Notes: generated by a model from the letters alone, not told the origin. Shown: positions 20,313 to 33,243, counted from the stretch's first letter. The stretch: 64,000 nt of DNA from an uncultured Planctomycetota bacterium (GCA_963849325.1 CAWKHF010000005.1:480001-544000), one strand, 5' to 3'. Numbers and translations: made by a program.

Positions 20313-22752
20313 TCCGCACTAATCAGGCCGACGAATAGCAACAGGGCCAACGGACCCCACAGCAAAATCTCCTGCCGCTGCACGAACGGCAGTGTCCGCG
20401 CCTCGATGTCCGAGGCCAAATGATGCAGGTCTTCCTCGCGGTAGAAGCGCCCCCCGCTGGTCCCAGCGGCGGAGCGCAGCACCTCCTCGGCCATGCCGGC
20501 GACCTCCGTTTCGTGACCGGGCGGCGGCTCGACACGGTACCACAGCGACGCCGACTCCAGACCTTCCGCCTCATCCACTTTCAGCTCGAAACGGCCCGGC
20601 GTGTCGTTGGCCAGCGCGGCGCGGTACTCGCCGGGCATGCCGCGGATGCGCTTCAGCTCGACCGGCCGCTCGCTCGGCCGGCCTTCGCCGGCATCGTGAT
20701 ACACGAGCGTCGCCCGCACCGTCGGCCGAGTCAGCGGCTCGTAGTCCTTGTCGAGCAGGCGGGCCTTGACCGTGCCGGGACGGCCGAGCGTCGCCTCGCC
20801 GCGTTCCAGCTCCAGCTGCACGCGCCGCGAATGGCCGAGCAAGTGCGGCAGACCGAGCTGCGTCACGATCTGCCCCCAGAAACGCGACGTGAGTCGGTCG
20901 CCCGTGCTGTCGCGCCAGCGCCACGTCTCCTCGACGCCGAGGAACAGCACCTCGCCCTTGCCGTAATACTGCGTGGCGATCAGCGGCATCGGCCGATTAT
21001 TGGGCTTCTGCCCCGTCCTCAGCTCCGGGTGGACCAGCAGCGCCGTCGCCCCAGGTCGCAGACCGTTGACGGGATAGAACCAGTAAAAGCCGCGTCCGTC
21101 CTTCCACAAGTCTTCTTTCCATAGCCGCAGGTTGTCCTCCTGACTGTCGGCCAGGGCGATCATGCCGCTCTGCTCGCCGTCGTAGGTCAACATCGGCCGG
21201 AACGGCTGCGTCCGCGCTTCCGGCTGAATGGGAAACGCCTGCCGAGTGAACTCGACGGGCAGCACCTCGGCCAGCGGCGAATCGACGTAGTCGGCCGGGA
21301 CGTGCTGCCGGCCCGCGATGACGACCAGGCCGCCGCCTTCCTTGACGAATTTCTGGATCGCCTTTATCCCTTGCGTGCCCAGCGCCGACGTGGGCACGTC
21401 GCCGAGGATGAGCAGATCATACGGCCGAGCGTCGGGGTCGCGGCTGGACGGGTCGGGGAAGTTCTCGGGAAACTTGTCGAGAAACAGCGACGTGTCCGGG
21501 CCGGGCGGTTTGCCTTCGGCGACGCGCGAGTCGCCCTCGACGAGGAAGAAGCGGGCCAGGACGCGGCGGTCGCGGTCGAGCAGCGGCTGCAAGAACTTGT
21601 ACTCGCGGCGCGGCACGTTCTCGACGTACAGCACCTTGACGCGATTGTTCTTCACTTGCACCGTGCGCTGCCATTGGTCGCGCGTCGTCTCGTCGCCCTT
21701 CAGCTCCAGCGTGGCGGTGAACTCGCGCTTGCCCTCTCTTCCCTTTCTCCGGCACGAAGGTCACAATCTGGCGGACGTCCTCGCCCTCCTTGACGGCAAT
21801 CTCGCGGCGGATGACCTGGCTGCCCAGCGTCATCTTGAGGAGCAGCGTCCCCTGCTGGAAGCCGCGGCAGCGCCAGCGCACGCCAATCTCGATAGGGTCG
21901 TCCTTGACGTCCGGCTTGTCATCGACGAAGACGGTGTTCGGCAACGACACGTCCTTGATTTGCAGGATGCCGCCGTGGGACGAGCCGACGCCGTAGACGT
22001 GGAGCGGCACGCCCTTGTCGCGGCACGCGGCGGCGGCCTCTTCGAGGGTGAGCTTGCTGGCGTTGTCGCGGCCGTCGGTCATAACGACGACGGCCGCCGG
22101 CGGCTCGCCGCCGCCGCGCACCAGCAACTCGCGCAGCGAGTCGGCCAGCGCCGTCTGCGTCGACTCGCGGGCCGAGTCGCCCGGACTGCGCAGCTTGCGG
22201 TCGAACAGGTACTCTTGCAGCGGCCCCTTGGCGGCCAGGGCGTCGCGCAGCTTCAGCTCGTCGTTGGTGAGCACCGCCCGCACTAACTCTTCGCGCGTCG
22301 GGTTCGCCAGCTTCTCGGGTGGCAGTGCTGACAACCGCTTGACATCGGTTAGCGGGATCGTGGCCGGCAGCAGGCCGCGAGCGATGGCCACGCGCAGCCG
22401 GTCCTCGTCCGAAACGCGGCGGTCGCGCTGCTTCATGCTCTCGGTATCGTCCACGAGCAGGACGACGCCGCGCGGCCGTTCGCCGCGAAACTCGGCGATC
22501 AGCACCGGGCGGCACGAGCAGCACGAGGACGAGAGCGACGATAGCGATGCGCAGCCCAGCCAGGAGCGAGCGGCGCAGCACACCCAGGCGCGCGTTCTCG
22601 CGCAAGTAAAGGAAGACGACGCCCGCCGAGGCGGCGAGGAGCAGCAGCGCCGCCAGCCACACCGGCAGCAGTCCGCGCCAGCTTAGCTCCGCCGCGTGCA
22701 GCGACGTGTGTTCGGGAACATCAATCAGGTGCAGTCGTTCCAACCAGTGCAT
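20279..22752 (-). CDS. Membrane protein with vWA and GATase-like domains (frameshifts ~22510, ~21735)
   Basis: TM segments, then MIDAS LVDDTESM and VMTDGRDN; KVLYVENVPRREYKFL; FVKEGGGLVVIAG; C-terminal SAEWLLRK. Confidence 0.85.
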
Positions 22753-22761
22753 GAACGCCCC

Positions 22762-25035
22762 TCACCAGGCCCGTCCGCAGAACCACGCCAGCACCGTCTC
22801 TCCCAAGACCAGGACGAACAGCGTGGCCAGAAGCCACATCGTCCATTCGTTCTTGAGCCGTTCGCCGCTGCCGAAGGCGCCGCCATCGTCGCCGGCCGTC
22901 AGGTGTATCGGCCTGAACCCCAGTTGTTTGTCGATGTCCTCGACGCTCATCGGTCCCATCTGCTCGCTGTCGCGCACGTCGGGCGTCACGGCAAACGGTA
23001 CGCCGTCCGGCTCGTCGGCTCGTGAGTCGATCGTGTCCTCCCCCGGCCGCGGTGTGCGATCGGCCGGCACGATGCGATAGACGCCGGCACGCGGCGTATC
23101 GTCGGCGGTCACGAGCGGCCGGCCCGCCACCGTCTCGGGATAGCCGAGGCGGACGTACACGCCGTCGGGCCGTACCAGGTCGTAAGCCCGGACGGTGCCC
23201 GCCTTCGGTGCCTGCCAGTGCAGTCGTTCGCCGGCGATACGGTTGTGTGCCTGCGGCTGACCTTGCAGCAGGTAGTTGAGCGACACCTGCACGAAGGGCA
23301 CGAACACCGGCGTGATGAACCAGTCGGTCCAACGCGGATCGCTGACGGAGGTGGTGAAAAACAGCACCTCGCCCTCGCCCGGCCGCTTGCGAGCGGCGAC
23401 GGCGACCCCGCCGTTGCTGTAGCGCAGCAGGACGCGCGTCTCGTCCAGCGTGCCGGGCGTCTCGGGCTGATTCTCCAGCTCCAGCGCTCGCCGGACCTCG
23501 ACGCGGTCGATGCCGGCGTAACCCTCCTCCTCGCGGAACTTGGCGAATGGATGCGACTCGGCGCTGCGGCGGTCGAACGTCCACGGCCTGTCGGCCGGCG
23601 CATCGACGACATGGGAGACCTTCAAAGGGGTCAATCGATGTTGCTCATACAGCAGCCGGTTGTACGAGTCGGGATCGACACGATCACCGGCGAAGATCAT
23701 CAGGCCGTGACCTTCGCGCACGAAGGAGGCCAGCGTCTTGAGGAACTCCGGCGACAGGTTGCCGCCCTCGTTCTTGCCGCCTGGCTCCAGGCGCACGTTG
23801 ACGAGGATGCACAAGTCCTTGTTGGCCAGCGACCGCGGCGTGGCGCGTTCGGCCGTCGTCGTCTGCGCCGGCAGGTTGAGGGCGTGCCGCAGGTAAAAAC
23901 CGCCGGCGTGGCGCGGCTCGCGCTCATTGGGAGCGCCATCGACGAGGAGGATGCTGACCTCGTTCTGGACGGCGAGCACCTGATCGAAACGGTTGTCGGC
24001 GTCGAGGTCGTCGGGGCGGACGCGGGCAGTGAGGATGCGGCGGCCAGGCCGGTCGAGCAGGCCGGTGAGCACGACGGCGCGCGTCTCGCCCGGTTTCAGC
24101 TCCTCCAGCGGCCGGGTGTCGCGCTCCGTCGATTTGCCATCTACCTCCAGGCTGACGCTGAGGTTGCGGAGCGTCTCGGCGCCGGTGTTGCGCACCAGGA
24201 CGGCGAAGTCGGCCCGTTCGCCGCTGCGCAGACTGCTCTGCGGCGTGATGCCGACGATGGCGGCGTTGGCCGGAGTGCGCGTGGCGCAATGCACCAGATG
24301 GACGTGGGCCAGCTCGTGGATGTCCTTCAACTTCTCGGTGAGGGCGGCGGCCTGGGCGTCCCAGCCGCGCTTCTGCATGTCGCTGAACAGGTACAGTTCC
24401 TTGTTGGGCGATTGGCCACGCCGCAGCACGGCGATGGCCTCGGCGACGCCGGGCAGCAGGTCGCTACCCTGGTCCGTCGCCTCCAGGTCGCTGACGATCC
24501 GCCGGGCCTGGTCGAGGTGCGCCGGCGTCTGCGGTCCTAGCAGCGTCGCGCGATCCGAGACGCCGATCACCTGCGCCGTCGAGTGCGCCGGCAGGCCGGC
24601 GATCACGGCCAGCGCCGCCGCCTTCGCCCGGTCGAGACGTCGGACGCTGCCGTCGTCGTCGGCGAGTTGTTTGAGGGCCGACAGGTACGAATCGCTGCCA
24701 GGGTTGGGCGGGGCCACGCCGTCGCGCGCCGCCATGCTCAGGGACGTGTCGAGGACGAGCACGGCATCGACGGCATCGCCCTGGCCGCCGCCATGCGCCG
24801 TGGTCGAGGGCCGCGCCAACGCCAACGCCAACAGCGCCAGGACTGTCACGCGCAGGACGAGCAGCAACAACTCCTGGAAGCGCAGGCGTCGGCTGGTCTG
24901 CTCGATGCTGGTGAGCAGAAACTTCATGGCCGCCCACGGCACGGTGCGATAGCGGCTGCGGTAGAAGAAGTGCAGCGCGATCGGGATGCCGCAGGCGAGC
25001 AGACCGCCGAGCATGTAGGGTGCGAGGAACGACAT
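22762..25035 (-). CDS. BatA-domain/vWA/CARDB-like/GATase-like membrane protein
   Basis: MSFLAPYMLGGLLACGIPIALH..VPWAAMKFL..LLLLVLR..LALARP; LDTSLSM; LFSDMQ; DLDADN; C-terminal TM. Confidence 0.9.
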   Translation of the reverse strand: MSFLAPYMLGGLLACGIPIALHFFYRSRYRTVPWAAMKFLLTSIEQTSRRLRFQELLLLVLRVTVLALLALALARPSTTAHGGGQGDAVDAVLVLDTSLSMAARDGVAPPNPGSDSYLSALKQLADDDGSVRRLDRAKAAALAVIAGLPAHSTAQVIGVSDRATLLGPQTPAHLDQARRIVSDLEATDQGSDLLPGVAEAIAVLRRGQSPNKELYLFSDMQKRGWDAQAAALTEKLKDIHELAHVHLVHCATRTPANAAIVGITPQSSLRSGERADFAVLVRNTGAETLRNLSVSLEVDGKSTERDTRPLEELKPGETRAVVLTGLLDRPGRRILTARVRPDDLDADNRFDQVLAVQNEVSILLVDGAPNEREPRHAGGFYLRHALNLPAQTTTAERATPRSLANKDLCILVNVRLEPGGKNEGGNLSPEFLKTLASFVREGHGLMIFAGDRVDPDSYNRLLYEQHRLTPLKVSHVVDAPADRPWTFDRRSAESHPFAKFREEEGYAGIDRVEVRRALELENQPETPGTLDETRVLLRYSNGGVAVAARKRPGEGEVLFFTTSVSDPRWTDWFITPVFVPFVQVSLNYLLQGQPQAHNRIAGERLHWQAPKAGTVRAYDLVRPDGVYVRLGYPETVAGRPLVTADDTPRAGVYRIVPADRTPRPGEDTIDSRADEPDGVPFAVTPDVRDSEQMGPMSVEDIDKQLGFRPIHLTAGDDGGAFGSGERLKNEWTMWLLATLFVLVLGETVLAWFCGRAW

Positions 25036-25051
25036 AGCCTCCTCAATTCCG

Positions 25052-25145
25052 GCTCCCCTCTCCCCCGCTTCGGGGGAGAGGGGTAGGGGGAGACGCCGTC
25101 CCCTCACCCCCAACCCCTCTCCCCCGAAGCGGGGGAGAGGGGAGC
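25052..25145. repeat. Palindromic box repeat, family C
   Basis: Same units as 12372; fills the DUF58-BatA intergenic space. Confidence 0.9.
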
Positions 25146-25150
25146 AAAAC

Positions 25151-26033
25151 TCACAGACCCTGAAGTCGCCGTGCCAGATACTCCGCCAGCGCCGGCGCCA
25201 GCGGCCGCGACGTGTCCATCAACACGTAATCGCAGCGGTTGGCCTGGCAGCCGGCTTGCAACTCCTTCAAGTACGCCTGCACCGCCCGCAGGTACGCCGG
25301 ACGAATCAGGTGCGGCCGGGCCAGCACATTTTGACGCTCCTCCAGCGCGTCGAACTTCGTCATGCCCTCGAAGGGAAAGCCGATTTCGTCGGGGTGGAGG
25401 ATGTGGAAGATCGTCACCTCATGGCCCTGGAAGCGCAGGTGCTGCAAGGCCGTCAGCAGGCTAGCCACATCGTCGAAGCAGTCGGAGATCAGGAAGACCA
25501 ACCCGCGCCGCCGAGCTTGCTGGGCCAGGTCGTGCAGCAGCGGAGCGATGGCCGTCTTCTCGCGCGGCTCGGCGCTTTCGAGTTGGCGCAAGATCGTCTG
25601 CATGTGGCCGGGCTGGCTGCTGGGCGGCAGACGGAAGCGCCAGCCGGCGTCGAAGATGCCGAGGCTGACGCTGTCGCGCTGATGGATGATGACGTAAGCC
25701 AGCGTCGCCGCCAGCAGCTTGGCGTACTCCAGCTTATTCGTCTCGCCCTCGCCGTAGAGCATCGATCGGCTGGCGTCCACGACGACATGACCGATAAAAT
25801 TTGTCTCTTGTTCGTACTGCTTGATGGTGTAGCGTTCGGAGCGGCCGTAGCCCTTCCAGTCGATGTGGCGAATGTCGTCGCCAGGGACGTACTCGCGGTG
25901 CTGGACGAACTCAACGGAGAAGCCGCGGTAGGGACTTTTGTGGTCACCGATGCGCAGCCCTTCGACGATGCCGCGGGCCTTTAGCCCCAGCGCCTGCGCG
26001 AGCGACGACATCCGCCGGCAAGGTCAGTGTCAT
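25151..26033 (-). CDS. DUF58 family protein (frameshift ~26000)
   Basis: GDHKSPYRGFSVEFVQHREYVPGDDIRHIDWK; VDASRSM; LISDCF. Confidence 0.93.
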
Positions 26034-26049
26034 GGTAAGACCCCAAAAT

Positions 26050-26178
26050 TAACCACAGAGTCACAGAGAACACAGAGAGAAGACAACACCGAGAAAAAAT
26101 GAATTATTAATAGTTAAAACGTCTCTTGTATTTCTTTTCTCCGTGTTTTTCTCTGTGCTCTCTGTGACTCTGTGGTTA
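26050..26178. repeat. MITE-like AT-rich element with 9-mer arms (AACCACAGAGTCACAGAG..CTCTGTGACTCTGTGGTT)
   Basis: Terminal inverted repeats around an AT-rich core; related to 41166-41245. Confidence 0.75.
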
Positions 26179-26190
26179 GTTATTTTCTCC

Positions 26191-27209
<1,019 letters not shown>

Positions 27210-27391
27210 GGCGGGTATCGCTCAGTCGGGTGGTCGGGCCAACAGCGGGCCGCGTTCGGAGGAAGGCCGAGGCGGGCCGAACAAGGCGGGTGGCCTCACG
27301 GAGGGAGGGCGAGGCAAGGCCAAGAATCACTGTATCCGTGGCCGGCACCGGACGCAAGCAAATGCACGCAAGATTTTTGGCCGACGCGCCC

Positions 27392-28273
27392 TCACTCCTC
27401 GTCGCGCAGGTCGCTCCAATCCTCGACGGGGGCGGCATCGCCCAATGGCGCGATGGTGGGCAGGAACGGGAACAGGCGTGCGCGAGCGGCATCGTCCAGC
27501 GGCGCGCCGTACTCGGACACCTCGAACGCCTCGATGTACTCGACGGCGTGGCCGCGTTCGACGCCGTAAGTCTGCACGACGCGATCGCGGTGGCGATTCG
27601 TCAGGGGGCGGAGGCGGTGTTGCATGCACTCCTTGAGCCACTGTCGCCGGGCGCCGTCGTCGGCCGACACCTGGTCGGCGTAGCCGCCGTTGTAGGGCAG
27701 CCATTCGTAAAACTGCGAGACGTGACAGTGAAGCATATTTATCAGTGCGTCCATCTCCGATCCGATGTCCACGACGACGTCGGCGCTGAACGGCGCCGGC
27801 TTTTTGAAATCGTCGCTCAGGTAGAGGATGACCGGATCGCGCTCCAGGTGCGGCGTGTCGGGGCAAATGGCCGGCACCGTGACCATGTAGGCGGCGTCCT
27901 GCACCAGCACCGACGTGTAGCGATGATCGGGGTGGTAGTCGTTGGGCCGGTGCGTCAGGATCAGGTCGGGCTGGAAGGCGCGGATGAGGCGGATGAGCTG
28001 GTGCCGTGCCTCCAGGGTCGGCAGCAGTCCGCCGTCGGGATGATCGAGCACATCGTAGCTGGCCCCGATGACGGCGCCGGCGGCCTGTGCCTCGGCGCGG
28101 CGGCGGGTGACGAGGGCGGCGCCGCGCAGCGTTTGATGGCCGGCGCCGCCGTCGGTGACGCTGACAAACTTGATCTCGTGGCCGAGCCGTCGCCAGAGGG
28201 CGGACGTGCCGCCGGCCTTGATGTCGGCGTCGTCGGGGTGAGCGCCCAGAACCAGAATGCGGAGTGATGGCAT
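27392..28273 (-). CDS. PIG-L/LmbE family deacetylase
   Basis: GAHPDDAD, RRAEAQAA, THRPNDYHPDH. Confidence 0.92.
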   Translation of the reverse strand: MPSLRILVLGAHPDDADIKAGGTSALWRRLGHEIKFVSVTDGGAGHQTLRGAALVTRRRAEAQAAGAVIGASYDVLDHPDGGLLPTLEARHQLIRLIRAFQPDLILTHRPNDYHPDHRYTSVLVQDAAYMVTVPAICPDTPHLERDPVILYLSDDFKKPAPFSADVVVDIGSEMDALINMLHCHVSQFYEWLPYNGGYADQVSADDGARRQWLKECMQHRLRPLTNRHRDRVVQTYGVERGHAVEYIEAFEVSEYGAPLDDAARARLFPFLPTIAPLGDAAPVEDWSDLRDEE

Positions 28274-28441
28274 GATTCGTCAGGGTGAGAGGAAGGAAAC
28301 CACCGAGCGGCCGGTTCGTCTGGCCCTGTCGCGTCAGTATAGAGGATAAGGCGACTCCCTCGCCAGAGTGCGGCAGCGTGTATACTTGCAGCGTGTCCCG
28401 CACGCTAAGCCGCAAGCGGCCCTGACGACGAGATTTTGTCG

Positions 28442-30043
28442 ATGAGCAACGAGCTGGAACAGCGAGTCGAGTCGATCCGCCGCGAAGAGGAGCCGATTCG
28501 CGCCGGCGGCGGGCAGCGCGCCATCGACCGCCAGCACGCCAAGGGCCGCCTCACCGCCCGCGAACGCATCGACCGCCTGCTCGATCCCGGCACGTCGTTC
28601 TTCGAGCTGGGCCTGTGGGCGGCGTGGGGGATGTACCGCGAGTGGGGCGGCGCGCCGGCGGCCGGCGTCGTCACCGGCATCGGCACGCGTCTGCGGCCGG
28701 CAGCGTCATGCTCATCGCCAACGACGCCACCGTCAAGGCCGGCGCCTTCTTCCCCATGACCTGCAAGAAGGTGCTGCGCGCCCAGCGCATCGCCCTGGAC
28801 AACCGCCTGCCGCTGGTCTACCTCGTGGACAGCGCCGGCGTCTTTCTGCCGCTGCAAGACGAGGTGTTTCCCGACGAGGACGACTTCGGCCGCATCTTCC
28901 GCAACAACGCCGTCATCTCGGCGGCGGGCATGCCGCAGTTCGCGGCCATCCTCGGCAACTGCGTGGCCGGCGGCGGCTATCTGCCGGTGCTGTGCGACAA
29001 GCTGCTGATGACCGAGGGCAGCGGCTTGTACCTGGCCGGGCCGGCGCTGGTGAAGGCGGCCATCGGGCAGAACGTCACCACGAGGAACTGGGCGGCGCCG
29101 CCATGCACGCCGCCATCTCCGGCACCATCGACTTCCGCGAACCAGACGACGCCGCCTGCCTCGACCGCCTGCGCCGCCTCGTCGAGGCTGCTGCCGCCGG
29201 ACGCCGCGCCGCGTCTCGATCGACCGTCGCGCCGGGCCGGCCGCCGGCCGACCTGCTGCAGCTGTTTCCGGCCGAACCCGCGGCAGGAGTACGACGTGCG
29301 CGACCTGCTGCCGTGCCTGCTCGACGCGGGACCGTTCGACGAGTACAAGGCGGAGTACGGCCAGACGCTGGTGTGCGGCTACGGCCGGCTCGGCGGCGTG
29401 GCGGTCGGCGTGGTGGCCAACCAGCACAAGCGCTGCCGGCCGGCGAGCGGGCCGTTGCAGTTCGGCGGCGTCCTCTACGTCGATAGCGCCGACAAGGCGG
29501 CGCGCTTCATCATGGACTGCAACCAGGGCCGGATGCCGATCCTGTTCTTGCAGGACGTGAACGGCTTCATGGTCGGCCGCGATTCGGAGCAGGCCGGCAT
29601 CATCCGCGCCGGCGCCAAGCTGGTCAACGTCATCGCCAACAGCGTCGTGCCGAAGATCACGCTGATCCTCGGCGGCTCGTTCGGGGCCGGCAATTACGCC
29701 CTGTGCGGCAAGGCGTTCGATCCGCGTTTCATCTTCGCCTGGCCGACGGCGCGCTACGCCGTCATGGGCGGCGACCAGGCGGCCAGCACGCTGCTGGACA
29801 TCACCATCAACGCCCTGCGCCGCACCGGCCACGAGCCGGACGCCGAGGAGCTGGAGGAGCTGCGGCGGAAGGTCGAGGCGAGCTATCACGAGCAGACCGA
29901 CGTGCGCTACGCGGCGGCGCGGCTGTGGGTGGACCGGATCATCGATCCGGCCGCAGTCGCGCGACGCGCTGCTGACGGCGCTGGCGGTGGCCACGCGCTA
30001 CGACGACGGCCGGCCGTTCCGCACCGGCGTGTTGCAGGTGTGA
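28442..30043 (+). CDS. Acyl-CoA carboxylase carboxyltransferase subunit, MCC-beta-like (several frameshifts)
   Basis: GRLTARERIDRLLD, ANDATVKAGA, VDSAGVFLP, CVAGGGY, LQDVNGFMVG, GSFGAGNY, AVMGG. Confidence 0.9.
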
Positions 30044-30053
30044 GAAAAGTTCT

Positions 30054-30118
30054 CCGTTTAGCCGCGACGGGCAGCGGAGCGCGTCTGCCGCGCTCCGCTG
30101 CCCGTCGCGGCTAAACGG
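30054..30118. repeat. REP-like palindrome, family B
   Basis: Nearly identical to 2575-2637 with a compensatory arm change; between convergent genes. Confidence 0.9.
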
Positions 30119-30126
30119 AAATGGTG

Positions 30127-30477
30127 TTATAGACCCTTGGGGACCGGCAACGCCTCGTGCGGCATGGGCAGCGGTCCCGGCGGAAGCGCCGCGCCGGGCG
30201 GCGGAGCGATCGCCGGACCTTCGCAGTGTGCGTAGTTCGGCGGGAACGGCCAGGGGTGCCAGCACGTCGGATAGAAGCCGTAGTTCTCCATCTCACAGGC
30301 TGGGCAGATTGGCTTGGGACAGACGTTCTTGTACTTGATCCTTGGCTCCTTGGGCCGGCAGAACACGGTCGTGGGACAGTGGCACTCGCCCGCCCCAGCG
30401 GGGCGGGACACGGCCGTCAACACCAGGCAGGGAGCCAGAAGCAGGGCCAGCGAGCCGGCCACGGATCTCAGCGTCAC
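30127..30477 (-). CDS. Small secreted Cys/Pro-rich protein
   Basis: AGGAGG RBS before GTG at 30477; signal peptide; 8 Cys in the mature part; YGFYPTCWHPWP. Confidence 0.75.
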   Translation of the reverse strand: MTLRSVAGSLALLLAPCLVLTAVSRPAGAGECHCPTTVFCRPKEPRIKYKNVCPKPICPACEMENYGFYPTCWHPWPFPPNYAHCEGPAIAPPPGAALPPGPLPMPHEALPVPKGL

Positions 30478-30611
30478 GGGAGTTCCTCCTTGAAGTCTCA
30501 CAGGTGCGGCGCCCTTTTTCATCCTTGGTGTTCGTCAGGCGCTGCGTAGCAACAGGGCAAACACAACTATCATTCATTTTTACATTTTTATTTTTTATTT
30601 TTCACTTTTCA

Positions 30612-31088
30612 TTAACGTTGTCGCACGTAGGGGGGCTGGTTCAGTCCGCCGACGTTCAGGCCGGCGGCGCCCAGACCGCCGATGCTCGTGCCGGCGGTAT
30701 TGGGGCGAGATGCGTTCGGATAGTTGCCGCGTCCGGTCGGCAGGCTGAAGAAATACTGGTTGTACTGCATGAATCGAGCGGCGGAATAGCCGGTGTCCGA
30801 CACGCCGGTGTTGCGCGGCGGCGCCACGCCCGGAAGCGTCTGCCGGGTGATGATCTGGTTTTGTAGCGCCTGGAACGTCGTCTGCGCTTGCATCTGCGGC
30901 TGCACGATGCCCATGTAATTGACCGCCGGGTTGCCGACCCCGTTGCGATTGCGCAACAGATTCACCATCGGCATGTTGATCTGGTCGCCGTAGGGCGAAA
31001 TCTGCGGCTGGAGATACTGCTGCGCGTGTCCCGCCGTCGCCGCCGCACAGCCGAGCAACACGCCGCCGATCAGACCCAGACGATTCAT
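30612..31088 (-). CDS. Secreted low-complexity Q/N/G/P-rich hypothetical protein
   Basis: AGGAGG RBS; signal peptide ending AGHA; PAVNYMGIVQPQ; FMQYNQYF. Confidence 0.78.
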   Translation of the reverse strand: MNRLGLIGGVLLGCAAATAGHAQQYLQPQISPYGDQINMPMVNLLRNRNGVGNPAVNYMGIVQPQMQAQTTFQALQNQIITRQTLPGVAPPRNTGVSDTGYSAARFMQYNQYFFSLPTGRGNYPNASRPNTAGTSIGGLGAAGLNVGGLNQPPYVRQR

Positions 31089-31139
31089 GAACGACCTCCT
31101 CGCTTCTCGGAAGGATTATCGACCGTTCCCGTGTCCATC

Positions 31140-31225
31140 CTGAGTTCTGAGTTCTGAGTTCTGAGTTCTGAGTGGATGGCACTCAGAACTCAGAACTCAG
31201 AACTCAGAACTCAGAACTCAGAACT
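31140..31225. repeat. Inverted heptamer array (CTGAGTT)n / (ACTCAGA)n
   Basis: 4+ and 6+ visible units; a second copy lies at 53126-53197. Confidence 0.95.
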
Positions 31226-32461
31226 TATAGTCCGCCCGTGCCGCCCGTGCGGACGGCGCCGACGGCGCCGGCGCCGAGCAAGCTGCCGCCGAAGCCGTTG
31301 GTGATCGGGTACAGGAACTGCGAGACGCGGTTGTTGAAGAAGAGCAGGCGGTTCGCCTTGACGTAGACGCGGTCGCCGGGGAAGAGCTGGTAGTTCGTGG
31401 CGGTGTCACCGGCCTGCGTGATGACGCTGCCAGTTGACGGGCAAGACCTGGTAGCAGCCGTTGCACGCCGGCGTCGGCCGGGCCACCCAGATGCGCTTGG
31501 TCGAACAGATCGTTGGCAGACCGTTAATCATGCCGATGGCGTCGAGCACGGTCTCGTTGCCGGTGACGGGCAGGCGGAAGACCTGCTCGCCGTAGCCGCC
31601 GCCGTCGATGATGACGTAATAGACCTTGCTGTTGAAGCTGGACACGCTCAGGGAGATTTCCGGGTTGAGCAGCCACTGCGACAGGTATTTCTCGATGACG
31701 CACTTGGCCTGGGCCAACGTCAGGCCGGTCACGGGGACACAGCCGTAACTGCCCAGGGCGATGGTGCCGTCCATCTGCACCAGATGGTCGCCGCGCGTCT
31801 GCTGCACGCCGCGGAACTGGGCCAGGGCCACGGCCACCTGCGGATTGGTCAGCGTGCGTTTGAGATGCTGCTGGATGTTCTGGGCCGCCTGCTCCAGGGT
31901 CTGCCCGGCCACGCGCACCGAACCGTAGGAATAGCCGAGGTTGACCGTGCCGTCGGGCGAGACCGGAAAGGGTCCGCCGATCGGTTGGTTGGGCAGCGTC
32001 TCGGCCACCTGGATCAGCAGCACGTCGAGCGGCTCGATGCGGTAGGGCGGCTTCGGGATGATCCGCACGGCGTCAATAAAGAGGACGTCGGGCGGTTCGA
32101 TAATGTAAGGCGGCAACGTGGTCTTGGCCAGTTCGCGCGGCAGGGGCGGCGGCGGTGGTGGACCGATGGGAGCGCCGTCCATGATTCCCGGCGGCGCGGG
32201 CGGGGCGGACTCGCTGCCGCGATTGGGTGCCGCGGAGCGGCCCGAAGGGTTCCCTCCCCAGCCGCGCTCCTCGTCGGTGAAATCGCCCTTGGCGCGGGCG
32301 GTGTCGGCGCCGGTCCTCCCCGTCGTGTTCTCGGGTCCGCCGGGCGAAGCGGGCTCGTCGGCCCGACCAACGACCGGGGCCGAACAGGCCAACAGACCCA
32401 AGCCGAGAACCGCCGCCAGCCAGCTCCCCGAAGCCGGCCTGCCAACCCTGTTCCTTGCCAT
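31225..32461 (-). CDS. Polysaccharide biosynthesis/export protein, Wza-like, Planctomycete type (frameshift ~31425)
   Basis: PRELAKTTLPPYIIEPPDVL; two Poly_export repeats (VSPDGTVNLGYSYG; VQMDGTIALGSYG); PVTGNETVLDAI; NYQLFPGDRVYV. Confidence 0.88.
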
Positions 32462-32926
32462 CTCCCCACTCCTTGGTTTGTGGATGCCCCAGTCCATGGG
32501 CCTGGAGACTAAACGTCCCAAGCCAAGCAGCCCCCGGCGCCGTCGCCGGCCTGACCGGCGGACGCCCCGCCGCTCCCCGTGCCGTCCTCAACCGATACCG
32601 AAGTATCCAGCCGTGCGGCGGCCGCGGTGGGGCCTCTCTGCTCCCCGGCCCGGAAAGCCAACCCCCGGCCACGAAGGTCGAGGAACGCGGGTCTTCCGAG
32701 CCGGCACGTGGAATATCCATCCGGGATGCCGGATCGACTTCCGAGCGCCTGATTGATCTGCATGTCGAGGGTGAGGGCTATATCCAGGGGACCACAAAAA
32801 AACAAGAGGAGTTTTTGCTCCTCATCCCCATAAGGACGGGTTGTGCGGGTTCCAACGAGTCTGTCAATTCTTATGGATATTCACTCGGACGATGGCCGAT
32901 GAAACCTAGCGAACATCCCATGCGGG

Positions 32927-32989
32927 TTTCGCCACGACGCGCCGCAGAGCGCGGGACAGACCCGCGCTCCGCGGCGCGTCGCGGCTAAA
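32927..32989. repeat. Degenerate REP-like palindrome, family B
   Basis: TTTCGCCACGACGCG..CGCGTCGCGGCTAAA. Confidence 0.7.
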
Positions 32990-33025
32990 GGGGGAACGAA
33001 AAGGGAAATCGTGTGAACATTGGGC

Positions 33026-33054
33026 TTGACTTGGAAGTTCGGCCCGTGTATCAC
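33026..33054 (+). promoter_or_regulatory. Putative sigma70-type promoter
   Basis: TTGACT-17 nt-TATCAC, about 190 nt upstream of the ATG at 33244. Confidence 0.4.
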
Positions 33055-33243
33055 CCCTCGCCGAATCGTGATAGTGCGAGCCAGCAGCAACAGGTCCGGG
33101 GTTTGTCCGGGAAGCAGCCCTTGGGACACTCGCGGCAGCGAGAGGGCTGCCCGTGCGGAGCACAGAGAAATTTGGGGGTTCTTGTCTCTCGGCGTCGCGG
33201 ACCAGCCCAGTTGGCTGCCGTCGCCGGAGAGGGGGAGAGGTAG

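Noticed and set aside
30127..30477. RiPP precursor (Cys-rich peptide)
   Set aside because: It has a Sec-type signal peptide and no adjacent modifying enzymes or peptide transporter.
32462..33243. ncRNA or riboswitch in the long divergent intergenic region
   Set aside because: I recognised no known RNA motif, only a degenerate repeat and a possible promoter; an Rfam search would be needed to exclude one.
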